Assembly: GCF_009914755.1 (NCBI RefSeq)
Contig: NC_060945.1
DNA: 64,000 nt
Source of the DNA: the human T2T-CHM13v2.0 reference genome, Homo sapiens
Direction: 5' to 3' (one strand)
The position numbers were made by a program, and so were the translations under genes. The notes beneath the pieces were generated by a model. It was not told the origin of the DNA, did no database searches, and saw nothing but the letters and a program-made list of their open reading frames with translations. How positions within the stretch are numbered: the first letter of the stretch is position 1; each line of letters starts with the position of its first letter. This document shows, one piece after another, positions 55,766-64,000 of the stretch.

Positions 55766-56173
55766 TGTCATGGTTTGGCTGTGTCCCCACCCAAATCTCA
55801 TCTCGTATCAAGGCCTAATCCTTCAATAAGAGAAATCACTGGTTGATTGTCTCCCACAATTCCCACCTGTCATGGGAGGGACCCAGTGGGAGGTAATTGA
55901 ATCATGGGGGTGAATCTTTCCTATGTTGTTGTCGTGATAGGGAGTAAGTCTCATGAGATCTGATGATTTTATAAAAAGGAGTTCCCCTGCACAAGTTCTC
56001 TTTCATTGACTGCTGCCATCCACATAAGCTGTGACTTGCTCCTTCTTGCCTTCTGCCATGATTGTGAGGCCTTCCCAGCCATGTGGAACTGTGAGTCCAT
56101 TAAATCTCTTTCCTTTATAAATTACCCAGCCTTGGATATGTCTTTATTAGCAATGTGAGAACAGACTAATACA
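55766..56173 (+). mobile_element. THE1 solo LTR with a 37-bp foreign insert
   Basis: TGGTTTGGCTGTGTCCCCACCCAAATCTC start; GACTAATACA end; TSD CATAC/CATGC. Confidence 0.9.
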
Positions 56174-56834
56174 CATGCCTTGTCCTGTGCCTCTCTTCAT
56201 CTATATCCTTTGTAATTCTTTTGTAATGTCCTTTAGAATAAACCAGTAAAGTAAGTGTTTCCCTGAGTTCTGTGAGCCACTCTAGCAAATTAATCAAATT
56301 CAAGGAAGGGTTTTGGGAACCCCCAATTTACAGCCAATTGTCAGAGGCACAAGTAAACAACTTGAGGCTTGGAATTGTCATTGGAAGTGGGGAGCAGTCA
56401 TGTGGGGCTGAATGCTCAATCTGTAGGATCTGATACTATTTCCAGGCAGATAGTATCAGAATTGAACTGAGTTCCAGGATGACACTCAGCTGATATCTGC
56501 AACAGAATTGATTGCTTGCTTCATGTGTGGGGAGATACTCCCACATATTTGGTTACAGAGAGACCAGAAGAAAAAGTTTATTTTTCTCTACAGAACGTCA
56601 TTATTTGGTTGGTTGGTTTGCTTCATCAATGAGGATGCTTAAAAACTAAGTGTAGCCCTTGCACCATTTTAGTTGAGAAAGAGTATGTTACAACGGAAAA
56701 TGTAAAATTTTTCAAAATAGACAGACTTTAGTTCAAATCCTGGCCCTGAAAGTTAGCTGTTAATGTTGTAGAATGTTTATTAATCATTTTGTGCTCCAAT
56801 TTTCTTAATAATAAAATAGGACTGTTAATATTCT

Positions 56835-57725
56835 CTACAGACTAATATCCCTCCTGAATATAGACATAAAAATTTAAATTCAATAATATGTAGAAAAGAT
56901 AATACATCATAACCAAGTGGGGATTATGCCAGGAATGCAAGGTTGGTTTACATTTTGAAAAGACATAGATATAATTCATCATATTAACAGATTAGAAAGG
57001 AAAAACCATATGATCATCTTAATAAATGTAAAAAAGGCACTTGACAGAATGCAACATGCATTCCTGATAGAAACTCACAAACCCTAGGAATAGAAGGGAC
57101 ATTCCTCAATCTGATAAAGGAAATTTATTAATAAAACCAACAGTTTGTATCATATTTAACAACGAAGAATGAATACTTTCTCCCTAAGATTGGAAATCAA
57201 GCAAGAATATCTGTTTTCACCACTCCTAATCAATATTGTGGTAAAGATTCTACCCATGGGGAAAAGGCAAGGAAAAAAAAAGACATTCATATAGGAAAGG
57301 AAGAAATAAGTACTTCCTTTTGTGACTGGCTTATTCCTTAAAGATGATCATTGATGGAGAAAATCCTAAAGAATCTATTAAACAAGACTATTAGACCTAA
57401 CAAGTGAACTTAGCAAGGTTGCAGGATACAAGGTCAATATTTTAAAAATCAATTGTATTTCTATATACAACGAATAGTTGGGAATTAATACCTTCTATGA
57501 TATCATAAAAATGTTTAGGTATAAATCTGATGAAAGATGTGGAGGGTCTATACGCTGAAAACTATAAAACGCTTCTGAGAGAAACTAAAGAAGCCCTAAA
57601 TAAATGGAGAAGTATACCATATTTATGGATCAGGAGACTCAGGATTAAGATGTAAGTTCTCCCCAAATTGATCTATAGATTCCACAAAATCCCAACAGTT
57701 TTTAAAAATAAAAATGGACAAGCCA
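56835..57725 (+). mobile_element. Degenerate L1 ORF2 (RT-region) fragment
   Basis: CCAAGTGGGGATTATGCCAGGAATGCAAGGTTGGTTT; AGCAAGGTTGCAGGATACAAGGTCAATAT. Confidence 0.85.
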
Positions 57726-57727
57726 AT

Positions 57728-57740
57728 TCTCTCTCTCTCT

Positions 57741-57781
<41 letters not shown>

Positions 57782-57808
57782 CCACACACCACACACCACA
57801 CACACACT
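57728..57808. repeat. (CT)n/(CA)n compound microsatellite
   Basis: Direct observation. Confidence 0.93.
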
Positions 57809-58354
57809 CCCCTTTTCTATCCATCTATTGGGCCATATGCACAAAGAAAGACCTGGACTGTTCTATAGCAAATATTAACTCTGGTTATGCTGATGGTAGG
57901 ATTTCAGATAATTTGCTGTTTTCCTCTTACATTTTTCTCTCTTGCTCAAATTTTGTAACTGAATATTTCTGATGTTAATAAATAATAAATCACTATTCCA
58001 AGAAATGCTCCTCTCACAGTTTGGCTGCTTTATCTTTGCCATAAATAATTGCTAATCAATCTTGAAAGGACAGATAAGTAAATACTGAATTGAAGAGTCT
58101 CAAAGGGAATCCTGCACAATATACTCTCAAAGTACTGTACAGGAGTCACTTCAACCTTAATCTCTTTCCTTACATGGAGTAATTTGGGATAGAATCAACC
58201 AGTGATTTCTCTTATTGAAGGATTAGGCCATGTTGTTAATAAAGTGGCCATCTAGACAATGAAAACGAAATAAGTATTCTCTCGTCAATTCCTAGGTAAG
58301 TGATTTCTGGTCATTTGAGAGTAAAAAATGCTCATCAATAGTTTTGTCACTTTA

Positions 58355-58880
58355 TTTAAGCTGCCTTAAGAGTAAGGATTATGTTTGACCCAGAAAACCT
58401 TACCAGTGTGGTCGAGACCTCCAAGAGGGTTATTGTCCTCACATAGCAAGAAAGCACGAGGTAAGCAGTGTAGGGCTAGAGTGGTTGCTTGACCAGCCAT
58501 GTCCACTGGGACTCAGACTGGCTTGCTCTTCCTGCTCTACTAATCTTAACTTGAGGCTTTCCTTCTCTAAAGTCGAAAAATGGCTGCTGCTGCTCTGTGT
58601 ATGATGCCCGTATTGCAGGCAGGAAGAGAGAAAAGAACCACAAGGCTTTTCCTCTCAATCTTTTGTGTTTTTGTCTGGGAATAGATGCTACTCTTTGGAT
58701 TTCTGCCAACATTACATTGGCTAGAATGGGTCACATGGCCACCCTTAACTGCAAGGGAGTCTGGGAAGTTGGACATTTTAATATGGCCACAATGGCACCA
58801 CAAAAAAAAATAAGGTCTTTGTTAGAAAGGAAGAAAAAGGAATGGGATTTGGGTAGGCAATCAAGAGGTCGGCTACACTG
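58355..58880. mobile_element. Old MLT1-type LTR
   Basis: CATTGGCTAGAATGGGTCACATGGCCACCCTTAACTGCAAGGGAGTCTGGGAA. Confidence 0.7.
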
Positions 58881-59974
58881 TCTAAAATGTTGCCTGTATT
58901 TTATTTTTAGTTTAAAAGTACAAACAAAAATGCCCGGAAATAGAAGTTTGATGTGCGTTCTTGGAAGAATGGCATGAGGAGTGCCACACTGAAGTTAGAG
59001 CATAAGGCCATTTCCTATCAGTCCTTGGGCAAAATCTGAGCTTTATTTCCTCCACTTGATATGAGATTAATAATACATAACCAGTGTAAAACTCACATAA
59101 TTATAAGTTCCACTGGATACATGAAGAGTATTATTGTTGAATATTCCTAAAGCTTCCCATGAGTCATGGAATAAAAAGTGAGACAACAAAAATTTAATTG
59201 TGCTTGTTTGGTTTTTTTTTTTTTTTTTAAATAAATTGGTTTTGTTTCTCAGCTCATTTCATAGACAATTTGAGGCAGCCAACAATGCCAATACATATAG
59301 TAAAAAATAAATGTAGATTTTTAAATGGAGTTAAAGAGTAAGAATCAATGTGAGCTAAAATAAGAATATAAGAATTTTTAGTCTAAGCTTTCTGGCCACC
59401 AAAGTATAAAGGGAATATAGAACAATTTACATAATAGTCATTATCAGAGAAAAACATATCTCACCAGTAGATGCAAGTTTTCTTTATTGTAAAACAAATG
59501 TTTACATACTTGAAATCCTGTCTTTCAAAGGTAATCCTGGCATTTAGTTCAGTGCCTGATGAAAAGAATGCCCTGGGTAAATATTTATTGGATGGATAGA
59601 TCCAAGATCTCTCTTCTAGCTACTTTGAAATATATGACTATTGTCACCCTACTCTGCTATTGAACATTAGAATTTATACCTTCTCTCTAACTACATGTTT
59701 TTACCCATTGTCCAACCCATGCATAGCTGGATAGATGGAAATGGAATAAAACTCTGCTACATATATTATGTGATTTCTCCTTATTAAAAATTACCATTTT
59801 TTGGAGAACAGGGACAGCTTTCTATTGAATGCTATAAACTCTCTCTCCAGAAAAGTGAATATATACACAGAAGTCTGCATATCATATAAAGGGGCTGAGA
59901 GATTCCCTGAAACTCATCCACAGATCACCTTGGGGGCTAATAGGTTTCAGCTGAGCAACCGTTTTTCATCAGCA

Positions 59975-60430
59975 GTGCAGGAGACAGTATAATGTAGCAA
60001 ATAAAATACCATCCGAGGCATCAGACAGACTTGTCCGAATCCACTTGCTGTCTGGGTGAGAAAAAGAAAAGTTATATAACCTTTCTGAGCTTCAGTTTTC
60101 ATAACTGTAAAATGTAGATAAAATGCCTACCTCATAGACTTGTTGGGAAAATGAAATGGCATAGTATATTTCTAGCACTTAGCATAGCACTTGGTACATA
60201 CAAAGCCCTCAATAAATTAATCCCAAAAAATAACTCCCATTTACTGAGTACTTCTATAGGGCAGCACCTTGATGTCATTCCATCTTTATCTCAACCCTGC
60301 AAATTTGATCATCACATCATTACTCCAGTTTTATAGATGAAGCTGAATCACAAAAGTTCTGAAATTTACCAAAGCTCACACAGCCAGAAAATTACAGAAA
60401 CAGAAGATGAGCCCAGGTCTTTCAGTACCA
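59975..60430. mobile_element. Two oppositely oriented MIR copies
   Basis: AACCTTTCTGAGCTTCAGTTTTC on plus; TTTTATAGATGAAG...TGA pattern of a reverse MIR. Confidence 0.65.
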
Positions 60431-60728
60431 AGAATGCTAATATCAGGTTCTGTCTGTTTTTCCAGCCATTTTCCTCCACTTGTCTTCTGGTAGCTCATAT
60501 CTATGACTCCACAAAGGACAGGGAAGAAGAGAAGCATCACACAGGCCGGAAAAATTTAATACCTACTGCCAGACCTCTAGTCACTGGTCTGGACTTATGG
60601 CCAAGGAGTGGCTGACACCTTGAGATACACATCTTATATCCTCAGCTGTCATTGGTTTAGTGGGGAGGCTCTTAGTCTGGCTAAACACAGGGAAAGCTGC
60701 AGCTACCTCTCCCATTAAAATAATTTGA

Positions 60729-61035
<307 letters not shown>

Positions 61036-61313
61036 AATAATTTGAACTCTTTATGCCAGGTTAGCAACCCATATGTCACAATGTAATTGGCAACTGTATC
61101 TTGTAGCCTGCCTAACATCCATTCCCCCTTCTAGTTGCCTCCATCTCATTTTCTTTTAACTATACTACCTTCCCATGTGCCTCTGAAAAAGTGAGCTCTC
61201 CCTTCTACTCCTGAATGGGCCCTGATTGGTGAATCCAATCAGCACATCCCATCCAACTGGCCACAGTGACTGGCTCAATGAAAAATAACATGAATCCAGC
61301 CAATGGAAGGTTA

Positions 61314-61552
<239 letters not shown>

Positions 61553-61734
61553 CTATTATAGTACTTTTAAATTACAGCACATAGTGTATGTATATCTATT
61601 ACAGCAGTTACTGTATTTGTTCTTCTGACAATGTCCCTAAGTAGACTACTGTCTACATCTATTGTCTTAACCATTTTTCTATGCTCAGGGCCTAACACTA
61701 GTAGCATTTAACAGCTAGTGAAGAGACGGATGAA

Positions 61735-61960
61735 CACATCCACATCCCTGCCAACACTGGGTATTTTCTGGGGTTTTTATTATAGTGGCCATCCTGCTGG
61801 GTATGGGGTGATATCTCATTGTAGGTTTGATTTACATGTCTCTCATGGTTAGTCACGTGGGGCATCTTTTCAGATACTTGTTGGCCATTCATATATCATC
61901 TTTGGAGAAATGTGTATTCAAGTCCTCTGTCCATTTTAAAATCACGTATCCTTTATTTTT
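61735..61960 (-). mobile_element. L1M fragment
   Basis: TTGGCCATTCATATATCATCTTTGGAGAAATGTGTATTCAAGTCC. Confidence 0.75.
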
Positions 61961-62334
61961 TTAAACCCATCTGAGTTGGGTTTTTTTTCCTCGTTACTAA
62001 GAGATTCCAAATTGTTATGTTATGATGTTTTCCATGGCAAGTAATAGAACCTCCCACTGAGGAGTCTGACTTTTAGTTGTGATTTTTCAGGCCTGGCTGT
62101 GGGAAACTACAAGGCTGTACCTGGCAGGCCTTATGGGGAGACTCCCACTCCACACCAGACCTGGCACAGCCAGGGCAGTGGCACTCCCAGGAGGGAGCTG
62201 CGGGCAAGGTATCAGGCCCCTGGCCGGCCATGCTCTTACATGCACCTGTGTTCCCAGCCCTGCACCTTCATTCCCGGGTCTCTGTGTCCATGGTCTTCTT
62301 CAGGCACCTCTGCCAAGGCCTCCTTATGGGGGAA

Positions 62335-62691
62335 TGATATAGTTTGGCTGTGTCCCCACCCAAATCTCCTCTTGAATTTTAGCCCCACAATTCCTATATG
62401 TTGTGGGAGTGACCAGGTGGAGGTAATTAAATCATGAAGATGGGTCTTTCCTTTGCTGTTCTCATGATAGTTAATAAGTCTCATGAGATCTGATGGTTTT
62501 ATAAAGAGGAGTTTGCCTGCACAGTTTCTCTTCTCTTGTCTGCTACCATGGGAGATGTACCTTTTACCTTCCACCATGATGGTGAGGCCTCCCCAGCCAC
62601 GTGGAACTGTGATTACACTAAACCTCTTCCTTTCATAAATTGCCCAGTCTGGGGTATGTCTTTATCAGCAGTGTGAAAACAGACTAATACA
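62335..62691 (+). mobile_element. THE1 (THE1B-like) solo LTR
   Basis: TGATATAGTTTGGCTGTGTCCCCACCCAAATCTC...ACAGACTAATACA; perfect TSD GGGAA. Confidence 0.92.
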
Positions 62692-63526
62692 GGGAAGGAG
62701 GGAGAAACCTTGAAGATGCTTCCCTGTGACTCTGGCTCAGCACTCAGTGCTTTTTCCCACTGAGCCCTTCTCCCTTACCCCTTATCCCCAAGGTCCATAC
62801 AACTCCCGGAGCCATTTTTTTGGGTCTCTGTCAACAATGAGGTGACCACATCTGCATGAATCCACTGCCCCTCCACAGGTTCCTGTTCCATGGGGGAAAA
62901 TGGACAGAGGAGTTGGCACTTCCTCTGGTTTTAGCCTCTTGCTTGTACCATTGCTGTAAGTGATTACAGGCTTAACCCTCATTTTGGGCTTGTTGCTTTA
63001 ATTGGCTACTCAGACACCTGACAGCTCAGGTCTCTCTCTCAGCTCAGTGGAGCCCCTGACGCCATTCAGCTGACTTAAACAACAAGAGGAGTCACTCGGA
63101 CATGAAGTCCCTAGGCAGGGTGGACTCCAGGCATGGTACGTTAGTGCTGCGTTCTCTTTCTCCAAGGTTCTCTGTGGAGTCACCCCACTCTGTGAACTGG
63201 CTTCATCCTCAGGCAGTTAGCAAGATGACTGGCACAGTCCGAGACCCAGAGACATCCAGCAAAAGACCTGGAGCTGTCTCCTGCTCTTGGCTCTTTTTAA
63301 GAGCAAGGAAACCTTCTTCAGTGGTCCCTGGAGGTTTCCCCATGAGCGTGGTCTGTAACTTCACCACATGAATCACATTAACACACAAGAGAAATGGGAG
63401 GCAGAGTTTACCCAGCAGGGCCTCAAGTCACCACCGTCCCTAAGGGATGAACACCTGAACATAGCTGAGGCTCAATTAACAAGAATGACAGAGGGAGTGG
63501 ATTTTGGGTAACCTAACAGTACCAAC

Positions 63527-64000
<474 letters not shown>

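Larger units (their letters stand above)
54356..56592. mobile_element. MER21-family LTR split by LTR5B and THE1
   Basis: GGGACTTTCAGCCC, CCAATCATGCCTA and GTTTCCCTGAGTTCTGTGAGCCACTCTAGCAAATT continue across both inserts. Confidence 0.8.

Overview
This is primate (human-like) non-coding euchromatic DNA; I cannot name the locus from sequence alone. I find no supportable protein-coding gene, tRNA, rRNA or CRISPR array. The ORF track is almost entirely Alu, L1, LTR or simple-repeat translation noise; the only recognisable protein remnants are dead L1 ORF1/ORF2 fragments. Much of the window is transposon-derived: about 21 Alu or Alu-monomer copies, L1PB/L1MB/L1MC/L1ME and L2/MIR relics, MER5A, MER53, MER2-like, two MER41A solo LTRs, three THE1, MST and MLT1 LTRs, a full-length HERV-K(HML-2) LTR5B-type solo LTR, and two nested LTR stacks (25.0-27.5 kb and 54.4-56.6 kb). 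TE-poor islands at about 8.7-17.3, 29.3-30.2, 34.8-37.7 and 49.4-50.2 kb carry CpG-retaining, motif-dense sequence that looks like distal enhancers. The most unusual directly visible features are inverted templated-copy scars: a 247-bp copy (444-690 vs 1515-1761) with a fold-back junction, an exact 37-bp copy inside a THE1 LTR (55812-55848 vs 58193-58229), and a micro fold-back in an Alu. Also notable are a 32-bp-stem hairpin (23012-23087), a tandem pair of perfect GAS sites (24766-24791) and an octamer/kB/BCL6-STAT cluster (50119-50171). I do not see a convincing wholly new biological system. Repeat subfamily calls are from memory of consensus sequences, and ends without a visible TSD are approximate.
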